Of a stretch of DNA of 64,000 nucleotides, positions 38,569-52,490 are shown in pieces. The notes beneath the pieces are model-generated. The model did no database searches and had not been told where the DNA came from. It was given only the letters and a program-made list of their open reading frames with translations. A program made the translations under genes and the position numbers. The stretch covers positions 65,658,001-65,722,000 of the forward strand of contig OX597815.1 in assembly GCA_951406725.2 (NCBI GenBank), in the 5' to 3' direction. The DNA is from Octopus vulgaris (taxonomy: Eukaryota). Positions within the stretch are counted from its first letter, which is position 1; the number at the start of each line of letters is the position of its first letter.

Positions 38569-39091
38569 TTATATATAAATAGATAAATATACAGACATGT
38601 ATGTATATCTGCATATATAGGTATGTATATATTTACTAACATTAGTACATGCATTCATATGTGTGTGTGTGTGTGCGCGCGCGCGCGTAAATAATACATT
38701 TGCACACATGATACACAGTGAGAGCGAGAGAAAGATAGAAAGGAGGATGGAATCAGAAATTCTAAGGTTATTTTGATTCCAATTTGCCATTTCTTCACCT
38801 GTCTGCTTTTCTTGTTGTAATCTAGCTATGTATGTATGTATGTATGTATGTATGTATGTATGTATGTATGTATGTATGTATGTATTTATGCATGTATGTA
38901 TGTACGTATTCATGTATTCATGTATGTATGTATGTATGTATGTATGTATGTATGTATGTATGCATGCATGTATGTATTTATGCATGTATGTATGTACGTA
39001 TTCATGTATGAATGTATGTATGTATGTATGTATGTATTCGTGTCTGTATGTATGTATGTTTTTATGTCTGTATATGTGTGTGTATGCATAC

Positions 39092-39243
39092 GTTCTTTAT
39101 TTTTAATTAATTGAATTATTCTCCAAAAAGAAGGAGCTTGTTTCTAGCAATGATACAAAGGTCCATTGTCAGAATGATAGATAAAAATAAATTCACAATT
39201 TGAACTTTAGGAAAGTCTCGCATGTTTTTAGTGTTCCACTGAT
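39092..39243 (-). mobile_element. R4/Dong-like 3' end, copy 2
   Basis: Minus strand ISGTLKTCETFLKFKL* plus UTR with GCTAGAAACAAGCTCC, running into (CATA)n at 38827-39090. Confidence 0.75.
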
Positions 39244-39308
39244 TTGTATGTGTATGTATGTGTGAATGTATGTATGTGTAGATCTATGTGTATGTATATA
39301 CATGCTCT

Positions 39309-39346
<38 letters not shown>

Positions 39347-39349
39347 TAT

Positions 39350-39660
39350 ATCACCGTGATCACCGTGACCGACCAGGCTATCAGATGTTGCTACACATCG
39401 CTGGTCACAATGCGCTTCGCATTGTTTTAGTCTTCAAATGACGCCACTCCGCTGGCTAAGCAAGCGGGCCAAGAGAAGAAAGAGTGAGAGAAAGTTGTGG
39501 TGAAAGAGTACAGCAGGGATCGCCACCAACCCCTGCCGGAGCCTCGTGGAGCTTTAGGTGTTTTCGCTCAATAAACACTCACAACGCCCGGTCTGGGAAT
39601 CGAAACCGCGATCCTACAACCGCGAGTTCACTACCCTAACCACTTGGCCATTGCGCCTCC
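39350..39660 (-). mobile_element. SINE family C, full length
   Basis: A and B boxes and body match 7859-8118. CACGGTGAT tandem tail. Confidence 0.88.
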
Positions 39661-40082
39661 ACACACACACATAAATTTGCAAAAAAGTACTCCATCCAGT
39701 GAGATATAAATATCAATTTAAATACACACCCGAAAGGCCTATAAAAAGTTTTATGCTTTCATGATACTTGAGCTGGCAGATTTACAAAATATGTCATGTA
39801 TCATAAAATAATTTTTAAAGTTATGTAACGCATAAATCGAGCCTGAATGATTGCTTTAAGATACATGGCGTATTTTATAAATGCACCAGTTCAAGTATCA
39901 TAACAGCATGAAATTATTTGTAGCTCTTTCGGTTGTGTATTTCAATTAATATTTATCTCTCCTGGATGAAGTACTGTTTTCGTTGATTCTACCTATATTG
40001 GATTTTTAAACTCATATATATGTAAGTGATTGTGTGCAGGCGTAGGACTGGCTGTGTGCAGGCGCAGTAGTGGTTTTGAGCA

Positions 40083-40473
40083 GGCGCAGGAGTGGCTGTG
40101 TGGTAAGAAGCTTGCTTCCCAACCACACGGTTTCTGGTTCATTCCCACTACGTGGCACCTTGGGCAAGTGTCTTCTACCATAGCCTCGGGCTGACCAAAG
40201 CTTTGTGAGTGGATTTGGTTGACGGAAACTGAAAGAAGCCCGTCGTATATATATATGTATATATATATATGTATGTGTGTGTGTGTTTGTCTCCTCATCT
40301 TCACTTGACACCGATGTTGGTATGTTTACATCCCCCGTAACTTAGCGGTTTGGTTGAAGTGACCGATAGAATAAGTACTAGAATTAGAAAGAATAAGTCT
40401 TGAGGTCGATTTGTTCGACTAAAGGCAGTGCTCCAGCATGACCGCAGTCAAATGACTGAAACAAATAAAAGAA
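40083..40473 (+). mobile_element. SINE family A, full length
   Basis: GGCGCAGGAGTGGCTGTGTGGTAAG head, internal TA/TG microsatellite, tail ending GAAACAAATAAAAGAA. Confidence 0.88.
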
Positions 40474-40519
40474 TATATATATATATATGTATAAAAATAA
40501 TCCAAACAAGAAAGCACAT

Positions 40520-40975
40520 AAATAATCAAAATAAGCAACTAGTTATCAAGTAGTGATGCAGTACGACCACTTCAAGCTCTATTTAATTGAACAATGCAGT
40601 CATTACATCAATTTAATGCAATGCCATCTTCGGCTGCACATATAAATGAATAGAATTTTAATAAGTAAGATTTATTAATATAATTTTTCTCAAATAATTT
40701 AACAGAGCAAGAAGATGAAAGAAATCCATGTTGGTGCGTTTACATCCCCCGTAACTTAGTGGTTCGGCTAAAGAGAACGACAGAATGGCACTGCATTTAA
40801 ACTGATGTAATGATTGCAGTATCCAATTAAATGGAGCCGCTTGAAACGGTCGTACTGCATCACTACTTGATATCCTGTTGCTTATTTTGATTTTATTCAC
40901 CTTACTTCGAGGTGTGCAGATATTACCGAACTGACTTGGTGCTTCAACTTAAGTACCTAATTCGACTGAATCTCA

Positions 40976-40980
<5 letters not shown>
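40520..40980. mobile_element. PLE-like relic with two inverted, diverged HHR-bearing arms
   Basis: 40520-40638 is inverted relative to 40785-40895. Minus strand TGCAG-CCGAAGA...GAAG-TGGTCG-TA-CTGCA, plus strand ...GAAA-CGGTCG-TA-CTGCA. TA tracts flank both sides. Confidence 0.65.
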
Positions 40981-41040
<60 letters not shown>

Positions 41041-41462
41041 GCCGTACATAATTATACACACATACTCATATTTGTAGTGTGTATCTGTGTGTATGTGTGT
41101 ATCTGTGTGTATGTGTGTATGTGTGTATGTGAGTATGCTTGTGAGTGCGTGTGCATGTGCGTGCATGCGTGCATGCGTGCATGTGAGTGTGCGTGTGGTG
41201 GTTGTTGTGCCAAATAACGCACACAATACTAATTTAAAAACCATAATATGCTACAAAGTATATTAAACGAAATTTCTCTTTAGGGAAGAAAATATTTCAG
41301 TCCTCAACAGCTGCTGTAAATTTTCAAGGCTCGAGCAACGCTCAGAGTTGAATACTGTACCGACGTCTTGGACGGTGCTACTACTATACACACAGCTATC
41401 CTGAACTACATCTAGAGTAGGTCCACTCAACTAATTAGTATTCAATCACTCGCAGACACACT

Positions 41463-41522
<60 letters not shown>

Positions 41523-42277
41523 GTCACTACTATAATGGCCTCTGATGGTATCATACCTCCACTACTCAGAACCCCTACCTAACTCGTCTTTCCATCTCTA
41601 TCCGTCATTGTTGCGTCTAGCTCTCTCGGCCTTGCACTAACCAATAATTCCACTTTCCTTCATACAACAGCAGTCCTCTGGACCTTCATAGTCATATCTT
41701 TTCTGCAAATGTTTCACTTCGAATAGTTTAAACGGAACATTAATAGCATTAACTTCACCAGTTTCAGAGGATCACTAAAGGTCATAGGCACTGTTTCTTC
41801 TATATTAAACAAATAAGCAAAAAAATGATAGCTTTCTACCTCAAATAACTCGTTGAAAAATGCCTCTTACTTGGACAAATCAAGAATTGAAAGCAAATAG
41901 ATTTTACATTACTTTATAATCGATTTTAGGAAGATGAAATATAAAATCAACTACAGCAGATTTTGAACCTAGGAGAGAGAGACGGGAAGGAGGAGGAAAA
42001 GAGAGAGGGAGGGAGAGAGAGAGAGATTAAATTAAAGTCGTTGAGTTACTTAACACACTTTTCTACAATTTCTGCAAAATGACAGTCTTTAAGTTAATGT
42101 TAATGATGTCAGCAAAAATGGCATACACAATAGCAATTGGTTTAAAGTTGGTTCTCGATCAATTGTGAATAATAATAACAGCAGCCAGAAACGATCAACT
42201 CTTGTGACAGCAATCACATCAAAAATGGCGCACAATGGCAGCAACAGTTTAACTGAAAGACACAGGATGCACTCACA

Positions 42278-42384
<107 letters not shown>

Positions 42385-42654
42385 CAAGGAAAGAGAATAA
42401 GAGAGAAAGAGAGCAGTTAAGGATGCAACTTGAAACATGTCAGTAGCTAACATTAATGGCTGCCAGCGTTGATGAAGAATTGCTGACGTATACACTGACT
42501 TTTTTATTGTACATATGAATGCCATCCGCCTTGAAAACCTGCCTGCCTGCCTACCTACCTACCTACCTACCTACCTATCTACCTACCTACCTACCTACCT
42601 ACCTACCTACCTACCTACCTACCTACCTACCTAACTACCTACCTAACTACCTAC

Positions 42655-42725
<71 letters not shown>

Positions 42726-43364
42726 CCTACATATCTATCTATCTATCTATCTATCTATCTAGCTGTCCGACTTTCTCTCTGTCTACCGGTCTATTTATCT
42801 GTCTATGCACGTACATCGGTAAGTCGTCTGATTATGTAAATATATATATATGTTTGTGTACGTGTGTGTATAATAGATAGATACTTACGTACATACATAT
42901 ATACATACATACGTGCATACATACATACATAATACACTCATACATATATACATACGTACATACATACATACAATTTCTCCCGTACACAGATGCACACACG
43001 AACTATTGGATGCGTATGCTGTTGTGCAAGCGCCGTCCAAGTGCTAATATGTACTAACAAAAGTTGATCTAATGATGCTCACAATTGGCTTGTCTCGAGG
43101 TGTATTACTCAGTTAGAATAGCAAAGAGAGGGAGAGGGAGAGAGAGACTGAGTGAATTAGTGATATAGTGTGATGTGTCGGTGTTCTGGTGTTGTTAATT
43201 AGCGAAGTCAGTGGATATTTAAATGAAAGGAATTGAATCGATGAAACTCTGGTTTTGAAATCTACAGAGAAGCCAGCTGTCACACTGATACTGATATCAT
43301 GCCAGTGGAAAAGATCAAAATCTGAAGTTATTTTGAGCGGGTGTACAAATTGATTCTAAAAATA

Positions 43365-44114
43365 ACCCCTAAAAGAAACCCGAGACCGCACTTTTTTTAA
43401 TAACAAAAATAAGGTTGCATTGGATGTAATTGACCAAATGATAAGACATTATTCGGTCAGAGTCGGTAGCAAGCGGTGGCCCATGAATGTTCTTATTACA
43501 ATATTTTGGCTGTAACTCTTGTAAAAACTTTGGTAATATACAAAAGCATATGCATATCAAACATTAGTCGGCGAGGACATATTCAAAATACTGTTGAGGA
43601 GCTTTGTGGTCGCCAAAATGCTAGGAAATTGCCCGTTGATGACTCAGGTACTCCTAAAGAAAATTTCGACGTATATATGCAAGTGTTAACAATCGAAACA
43701 GAACCACAGAAATATGTAGAGTCTGCAAAAAAAGAAAAAAAGTAAAAAGGCTGTATGTGACAGGTGAAGGGAAAAAAGTGTGATGAATGTTGTTCATAAA
43801 TTTCATATCTGATTTTTTTATGTAAACAATTAATGGCGTTTTCTTAGAATTAAAAAAAAAATGGTTTATTTATTTGTTCAATAAACGTTCTTCCTCGCTT
43901 CACATTTTTTTTCAAGTTAAAAATAAAAATAAAACATTTGGGGGAAGAGGGGTTGAAAAAATTCATAAATTTTCCAAAATTGCTTTCCATAAAATGCTTT
44001 CTCCCATCATTTGCAATGATGTGGTGAAAAAGAAAATTGAAAAAGCCCCGTTTAAACGGAAAAAAGAAATATCCAATTTATGTGGGTATGCTATACCGAA
44101 AGTCTGCCAAGGAA
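43365..44114 (+). mobile_element. piggyBac-like transposase C-terminal relic and right end
   Basis: KKPETALFF-NKNKVALDVIDQMIRHYSVRVGSKRWPMNV-YNIL...IYKS...SRR...VEELCG, a Cys-rich tail, and terminus GCCAAGGAA|TTAA. Confidence 0.8.
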
Positions 44115-44747
44115 TTAATTCTATTATGAAAATTACTCGGCAACGACGGGATGCTCAGCTAATGTGTGTGAGTGTGTGTGTACGTATGTATGTGCATATA
44201 TATAAATGTGTATATATAGACACACACACACGCATGCGTACATACGTATACATACATACTTACATACACACACACACTTACACACATATATGCACTTAAA
44301 CCACACCACTCCACAAGACATACCTTGTCTTCGTCTGTTTTACCAATGCCATAGAAATTTTCGTCAGCTTCGAGGTTCGAATGGTGAAATCTTGCAAGTA
44401 TTATTCTCTATTTCATTGATCAAAATTGAAAATTCAGATTCTTTTGTTTGGTTTTAGGTGAAGTTTGGAATGTAATTCTACATTTGAAACATTGAATAGA
44501 ATTGTGTTTGATGTTGTTTCGAAATAACATTCTGCCTTAACGATTTATTTAGGCTTCCATTTTACACACTTTTGTTGACAGACATGCATCTTATGATGTG
44601 TTAATGTACAAATCACATACATACATACATACATACATACATACATACATACATACATACATACATACATACATACATACATACATGCATGCATGCATAC
44701 ATACATACATACATACATGCAAGTATACATGCATACGTACATACGTA

Positions 44748-45057
44748 GGAGCACTCCGTCGGTTACGACGACGAGGGTCCCAGCTGATACGATCAACGGA
44801 ACAGCTTGCTCGTGAAATTAACGTGCAAGTGGCTGAGCACTCCACAGACACGTGTACCCCTAACGTAGTTTGCAACGAGCGTGACACAGAGTGTGACAAG
44901 GCTGGTCCTTTTGAAATACAAGTACTACTCATTTTTGCCAGCTGAGTGGTCTGGAGCAACGTGAAATAAAGTGTCTTACTCAAGGACACAACGCGCCGCC
45001 GGGAATCGAACTCACAACCTTACGATCATGACTCGAATGCCCTAACCACTAAGCCAT
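44748..45057 (-). mobile_element. SINE family D variant with RTE-like tail
   Basis: tRNA head TGGCTTAGTGGTTAGG..GAGTTCGATTCCC and the same core as 32151, with a different 3' tail. Inserted in (TACA)n. Confidence 0.8.
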
Positions 45058-45089
45058 GCATACATACATACATACACACACTGACATAC

Positions 45090-45490
45090 GCAAGAAAATG
45101 TATGTACTGTCATAAAGATCACCTGCCCTGTTGATATGAATATCTCTTCGAAAATCAACGAGAAAGAGGGTAACTACGGACACCAGCCTCGGAAGCTCTA
45201 GCTTCTATGTTCAGATTATAAAATCACATTTATACCAATAATAATTGATGCACCGAGTAAATACCTAAGTGATTATTTGTAAAATCTGGGTTTTTCAGGA
45301 AAAGGAAATCAGCCAAATGATTTGCACGTTACAAATACAATGTGTAAGTGGAACAGTAAAAATATGCAAACCTTTACTCAGGTTCGAAGTGAGAGTATGT
45401 TTTTTGTCAACATACCAACGGTGGAGCTTTGTTTCGTTAGAAACCAGTTCCTTCATCAGAGGAAGACTTCTAGTAATTAAAAGCAAATGA
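45090..45490 (+). mobile_element. R4/Dong-like 3' end, copy 3
   Basis: CTVIKITCPVDMNISSKINEKEGNYG...DYKITFIPIII...LQIQCVSGTVKICK, flanked by TACA and CA repeats. Confidence 0.8.
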
Positions 45491-45545
45491 GTACGTGTAT
45501 ATACACGAAAATTGGTACATAAATACACGCACGCACGCACGCACG

Positions 45546-45615
<70 letters not shown>

Positions 45616-46604
45616 CTCACTCACTCACTCACCCGGGCTTTAGAGGGAAACTTTTCAAGGTGGAAGAAAGTTGCATTTGGCCCCCTGTTGGTGGGAGGGT
45701 TTTAGGGAAGGACCTATCAAACATTCAAGGACCTTTTCTTATCTCTGTGATTCTCAGACAAATTTATGGCTGAGCTATCTTCTTATGAGTCTTGTGTACA
45801 TTCTAACAGACACTAAAACTAACGCACACAAATACATGCATATACATAAAGCGTTAAGCATTTACGTATATAAAATTAATTAGCATTAAAAAAAACAACT
45901 GATTAAAAGACCCAATAAAACTATTAGTCAGAAAGTGGTCTAGTTACTCACTGGCAACATTTAAACTGCACTCTGCCACCTCCTTTTTTTAAAAAAAAGA
46001 TTTTCCCTGTCTGATACCAGATCTGATCCTGAAGTTAATTAAATGCGGCCGCTAACTTTCTCACGATGGCTGAATCTGTTAATATCTTTTCAGTCCAATA
46101 ATTTTACGTATAAAAGTTACACATCTCTGACGACCTGACAATAAGTCTTGATTAGGTATCTTATGCTAATGAAACGTACGCAACATGGTGTAACAAAATA
46201 TTTTATAAACAATTTCTTATGTATGGTTATTATATCTATCTATCTATCTATTTGTCTGCCTGTCTTTTTGTCTAGATGCGCACACACACTCACACACACA
46301 GACAAACTAGTAGAGGCACCCAGCTTTACACAGGAATGAAATTGTTCTTTATATATTGAAAGAAAAAGCAAAATATGTTGTATAGAGATTTGTATGAACG
46401 AGAGCATGTTGCTCTCGTTCATACTTTTCTGTAATTTTGAATTTTCATCACTTCTTATTTTGAACTACACAAAGACAGACGTACTGTTGAAATATCGTTC
46501 AACCAATAAAATATCTTACAATCGAATCGCGCTCTTTGTCTTGACTGTTTACCTTTGTGAAGAGTTACGTCAATCCTTTTTAAAATATAATAATAATAAT
46601 AATC

Positions 46605-46654
<50 letters not shown>

Positions 46655-46669
46655 CGAAAAATTTTATTA

Positions 46670-47230
46670 TAAGCACAGCGTTTAGGTTCATGTTCATTCA
46701 CAAATGCAGCCAAGTCTGTGATGTTATAATTTGTCTTTCTTACTATGTCTCTTGAAGTCAAATCACTAATTTGACGGTTTGTTTTTGGCAGTCAAGAGCC
46801 AGACTCCAGCAAATTTTTGCCTCCCATAGCCAAAACTTGATCCGCAAATTCAATCAATACGTGGTTAAAAATTGTTTGAGAGAACTGAAAATTGATATCT
46901 GATTTTGCCTGTTCAACTGCATACTTTATGTCCTCAGTAATGTCCTACAGCTTCATCCAAAGCTGTAGGAAACTGCCACGTTGACACATGTTCAGTATGA
47001 TTGCAAAAAGGTGACGGAGTTTTCTTGGAGTATCTGGTACTGATGCTTCAGTCAATGCAAGGTCCCAATGCCCATCATTTTCTTTAAAAAAAACCTTGTT
47101 GGTAGCATGCTTCGCTATAATTTTCGCACACATGACCATTTACCTCCTCGAATCTTGGAATGATTTGGGACCACGTACTTCATGCAAAAGGAGCCGTAAG
47201 TAGTAGCATTCTGCTTGGCTTGGGGTGGGG
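46670..47230 (-). mobile_element. Helitron Rep-helicase fragment
   Basis: PSQAECYYLRLLLHEVRGPKSFQD..VNGHVCENYSEAC...HWDLALTEA...LRHLFAIILNMC...QLW, the conserved RepHel linker. Confidence 0.88.
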
Positions 47231-47612
47231 GAACCATTGCAAACTCTTATAAGAGCATCTTTACTACTTCTTTCAGTAATTTATCGTAGTTGTTTGTAAA
47301 TAGTGAATTAAGAATTGAAATGAAAACATAAAAATAGAGAGTGAGAGGTTTTACAAATGAAAACGGAAAATTCGCCGTTGCTACGTCCAGACCGGAAGCT
47401 GACATTGAGAAACCTTTTTAAAGAAATGAATCATACATATAAAGCAATATTATTCATTTTTAACAAAAAAAGAAAATAACTAAATAAATATTATGTATCC
47501 GAGGTCAAATTATTTTTGCATCCCAAGTATGGAAGCAATTCGCGCAGCTGTTTTCGTATAAAAAGCGAATATGCACACACGCACACACACACACACAGGT
47601 CTAAAAAAACCT

Positions 47613-48040
47613 TATGCAATCACTTTTATTAGCTTACAACTGTTTCTTCTATAAGTAACCGTACATCTAGAGTTGAGTGGCTGTAAAACACTTCCTTCAA
47701 ATGACGCAGAGGAAGCTATAAGAAATCGCATTGTCACATATGCCTGATTCCCGGTTACTTCTAGTAGAAACAGTTGTAAGTTAATGAAAGGGATTCTGTA
47801 CCTCCAAGGATATTTGTCACTCATTATTATTTATTACCGAATTTGGTAATCTAAAGCCTGAAAGTAATGGACTTCTGTTAGAGGCCAGAGAAACTTTAAA
47901 TCGCTTGGAACCGAATGACTTGAGATACTCGTCCTACCTTGGTTTTTGTTGTCCTTTTTCCTCTAATATATACGTGCTAATTCGGAAACCTACTACGGAA
48001 GTTTAGCTACAGCCTCAGCTGTGAACTTTGAACCTAACGG

Positions 48041-48135
<95 letters not shown>

Positions 48136-48400
48136 TTTTTGTTAGTCACAAACTTCAAGGTGCAGATGATAATTCTAACAGGAAAAAGTACTCATTGCAC
48201 CGTTCATTATCGTTTTGGTGCTATTATTGAACATTACAAAGGTTCTACTTTAGAAATTGTTAACATGTACGCGTGATACTGACCAACATGTGTTTCCATT
48301 GGATAATGTCATCATCTTGACAGTAGCATTATAATGATTCATTCCAGGCTTTTGTTTAAGTTCCATTAGACATTTGAAGATTAACAATGGATAGACTTTT
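47613..48400 (+). pseudogene. Decayed intronless Cys-loop receptor (chemotactile-receptor-like candidate)
   Basis: Signal-like AITFISLQLFLL, EEAIRNRIVTY.FPV, KGILYLQGYLSL....RIW, KPESNG...(A)W. After the TA insert: FLLVTN..CTVHYRFG, T(R/C)DTDQHVFPLDN, and VPLD..F..QW. Confidence 0.55.
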
Positions 48401-49906
48401 CCCATTTATACATCCACATGTTTTTGTTCCTTTGATATTTTGTTCTTGAGCAAAACACTTTATTTCATGTTACTCCAGTCCTCCTTTCGATCAGCGAGCA
48501 ATGTTGGCCTACTCGCCTAGCCATTGAGGTGACGTCATTCGAAAGCTAAAACGATGCAAATCGCATTGTGACCAGCGATGTGTAACAACATCTAATAGTC
48601 TGGTCTGTTACACGATCGCATGAATATGAACTATTTATATATGCCAGTAATATAAGATATTTATACATAGTAAATATTCATATATGCTAAGAGTTTATGT
48701 ATAACACAATTTCTCATAAAAATACCTCGTTTCTGACTTAGGTCAACAATTTTGAGGGTCGAAGTTTAGGTGGTGCCATCAACTAGATCATATTTTATTA
48801 ACTCGGCGAGATTGAACTCAGAGCTTAAAGAACTGGAGCTAATGCAGCGAGCATCTTTTCGATGTTCACTGTCATTATCCGTAGCCAGTATAATGATATT
48901 TCCTCTGACAATTTATATTAATTTATATAACATCGCCATTTTCACTTGCAAAATAGACAGCTTTATGTAGAATAAGATTCGACTATGTCTAATATTTACT
49001 CAAATATATACAATGCTATAAATTAAATGTGAAGGGACAGGGTTTAATAGCTAGAGAGCTTAGCTTATGACCATAAGGTTGTTGCATTCAATTCCTGAAT
49101 CGGGTAGCGCGTTGTGTGTCTGAGTAGGTACTTCACATCACGTTGCCCCAATCTATGCATTTCTGTTAAGTACCATACGGATACTGATATATCTTTCTCT
49201 CCCTCCAGCTTTTATATCCTCGATATTTTACTGGATCAAGAGTAAGAGAGCCGAGATGATATCTAGGTACCCGAAACCGTTAGCAAAAGCAGGGAACAGT
49301 GTACTAGTAAGTCATAATTGTTAGCAAGTGACGACTGATTGCATTATAATATGAATTCGATACTAAGCTCAAATCTCTTTCCTCACTTGTTTCCCCATAA
49401 ACACACATCACGCATATTTTGGTTTGTTTCATTGATAATATTGTTGATAAGGAAACCTCGAAACCTAATTTGAAATAGAGATTATTAAACACTTTTGCTT
49501 CTGGAATGTGTGCAATGCTTGCACGTGTATGCAACACATGCACGTGCGTGCAATAGTGAACTATAACTGGTTAATACCAGTCTAATCAGTACATGACGTT
49601 TATCTGAGATGATTACCTTTTCGTTTAGATAGCAAATGAATGGATCTGAGGAAATATGCGTGTGTGTGTATATGTATGATTGTAGCAATAAAAAAGTGTT
49701 TTCCTACTGGACAACCACTAACCAACACGCCAACAGGCCAAACAACTAATCAGTCAGCCAATTAGTTAATCAATTACCATGTCAGTCAGTCTGTCTGCTT
49801 GACTGTCTGTCTATCACGAATCTCAATATATGTTTGTGTATGTGTGAGCGTGTGAATATACGTATGTATGTATTAAAGTGTATGCTTATATGTGTATGTA
49901 TATATT

Positions 49907-49950
<44 letters not shown>

Positions 49951-49952
<2 letters not shown>

Positions 49953-50807
49953 GACACACATCAATACCTAAATTTTAAGTCGTGCCATCCACCACATACA
50001 AAACGTAACATCCCATACTGCCTAGCCAGAAGAATTTGTACTATTGTAGAAGATGCAAATATCAGGAACAAACGCCTAATAGAACTAAGAGAATTTTTGC
50101 TCAAACAAAAATACCCATCTCTACTTATAGAAAATGGCATACAGCGGGCTATAAAAATACCTATACAACAACTTAGGACAACCCAAGGAAGAGGAAAACA
50201 AGAACAAGTCATACCATTCATAGTGACACACAACCCATGTCACCAGAATATCTTCAACATTGCCAAAGCAAACCTACCAATCATTGCCCAAAGTAATGAA
50301 TTAAAAGACATAATCAAGGATCGAGCTATGGTGCTTAGTAAAAGACAGCCTAAAAACTTGAAAACATTACTAACAAAGGCAAAATTTGACCTCAGCAACA
50401 AAGACCAAACATTCACGGTATCTAAATGCAATGATAGCCGATGTGGCACATGCCAATTCATACATACCGGTCAATATATAAACACAAAAACCGGGAAAAT
50501 ATTCACAAACGCGAATATGAACTGCAAAAGCAGAAATTTAATTTACTGCATCAAATGCCCAAATTGTGAAGAAATATATGTAGGTCAGACGGGAAACGCA
50601 CTATTAGAACGCTCACGTGTACACCGGCAACAGATTAGAGACCCAGAGGTCCGTCAGATACCTTTGAGTAACCACCTAGCAACATGTGGTCGGAAAATAT
50701 ATATAATATTTCCATTCTACAAATTACACAGCCCAAGTGAAATCGAGAGGAAAATCAGAGAAAAGAATTTTATTGATAAATTCGAACCCAAGCTAAATAA
50801 GCAATAA
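49951..50807 (+). CDS. PLE ORF C-terminal part: RT thumb, Cys-rich linker, GIY-YIG endonuclease (uninterrupted, no native start)
   Basis: TDTHQYLNFKSCHPPHTKRNIPY, KCNDSRCGTC, CKSRNLIYCIKCPNCEEIYVGQTG...R..H...HL...E..FI..FEPKLN*. Confidence 0.85.
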
Positions 50808-51301
50808 TAATAATACTTAGAGGTATTACTTCCACTGCTACGACCATGACCACTAACAACAACAACAATACTAAAGGTGATCAAGACGAAGATAGCAGGA
50901 AAATTATCTTATTTAGGGTTAAAAGTTCTATTGCCACCACCATCACCACTAGCAACAATAATTAAGGTGCTGACAATGATGATGATGACAATTGAAATAT
51001 AAAAATATAAAAATCTCTGACAAAGGATATTTACAACATTTCTAAAAATAACCCAACAATTGCTGCTTCGGCCAGGGTCAAGATACAGGACTCTTGACCT
51101 GTCCAACAAAGCGTGATGCCTAAACCAATCAGCTCAACCAACCAATCAGCTTAAGTAATTGAGTGATACTACACACTGATTGGTCAGAATACAGTTTGCA
51201 AAACCTAGCACTCTGGAGCCTACCCAGCTGTATTTATAGCACAGAATCACTCATCTTGCTACAGTCAAAAATTGTGAAGCATGACTGTCAACACTACTAC
51301 A

Positions 51302-51346
51302 TGAACCCGAAGATTGCAGAATTCAATGCATGAAAGTACTAGTTCA
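51302..51346 (+). ncRNA. Minimal type I HHR variant
   Basis: TGAAC/GTTCA stem I, CCGAAGA, TGCA/TGCA stem II closed by a T.T mismatch, GAAA, GTAC, CUA triplet. Confidence 0.65.
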
Positions 51347-51476
51347 ATCAGAATGAATATTTAACATTCTACTATTTCATTTTATTTTATTCAATTATTA
51401 ATATATTATCTTATAATATATCACTATAAGATTGTAAATAAAACGTGAAAATCAGACAAGGTTGGAATTCTTTTTA

Positions 51477-51647
<171 letters not shown>

Positions 51648-51729
51648 ATATATAGTGTAATAAATAAAATATATGCATACATACAAACATATATGTACGT
51701 ACCGACATCTACATGTATATATACATGCA

Positions 51730-52490
51730 TATATAAATATATATATACGTACAGGACACCACAAGAAGACGTAAAAATCAACAGAAACGAAAACGGAAAA
51801 GCCATTTGTTACAACAGAAGGACAGAGACGTGGAACAAGACGAAACGAAAACGGGAAAAACAATTAAGTGCAGCAGAAAAACGAAGTACAGGACATGCTG
51901 CACAAGGAAAAATCCCCTTCATCAGCTGTCGCTAGCAGACACGTGTTTTGAAGGCAGAGACAGAACACGTATGGTCAAGGTAGGCCTTCCTACGAGAGAA
52001 TTAAAATAAAATAAACTCGTAGAGGGGTAAACGAGCAAGAAAAAATGTAACACAAAAAGGGACGTAACAAAACACGTATGGCCATGCTAGGCCTTCCTAC
52101 GAGAGAATTAAAATAAAATAACCTCGTAGAGGGGTGTAAAACGAGCAAGAAAAAAATGTAACACAAAAAGGGACGTAACAAAGAACTGCACAAAAAATAC
52201 ATACAATAAAAAAATAATACAAAATTAAAGATACATGTACAAGAAAATACATAACGAGAATTAAATTACAATACGAGAAATCAAAAATAAACAAGAGAAC
52301 AAACGAAAAAGACGAACGAAGGCCTTTGTTCTGGCGGGGACGAGAAAGTAACTGGCGAGCGCTGGGAAACATGACCTTACGGCCTAAAGGCAACAGGCGA
52401 AAGAATTAGCAGTGACGAAAGTGAGGAGGAGTGGGAGAGAGAGAGAAAGACAGATAGAGGAAGACACAGGCTAGAGAGAAGGGTGATATA
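51730..52490 (-). repeat. Dispersed repeat with an internal ~107-nt tandem duplication
   Basis: 51963-52070 is repeated at 52071-52160. Adjacent to TA-rich tracts, with a partial CTGATGA motif. Confidence 0.5.

Noticed and set aside
51880-51930. Minus-strand CTGATGA followed by a hairpin
   Set aside because: No GAAA, stem III or stem I partner follows, so it is not a complete hammerhead.
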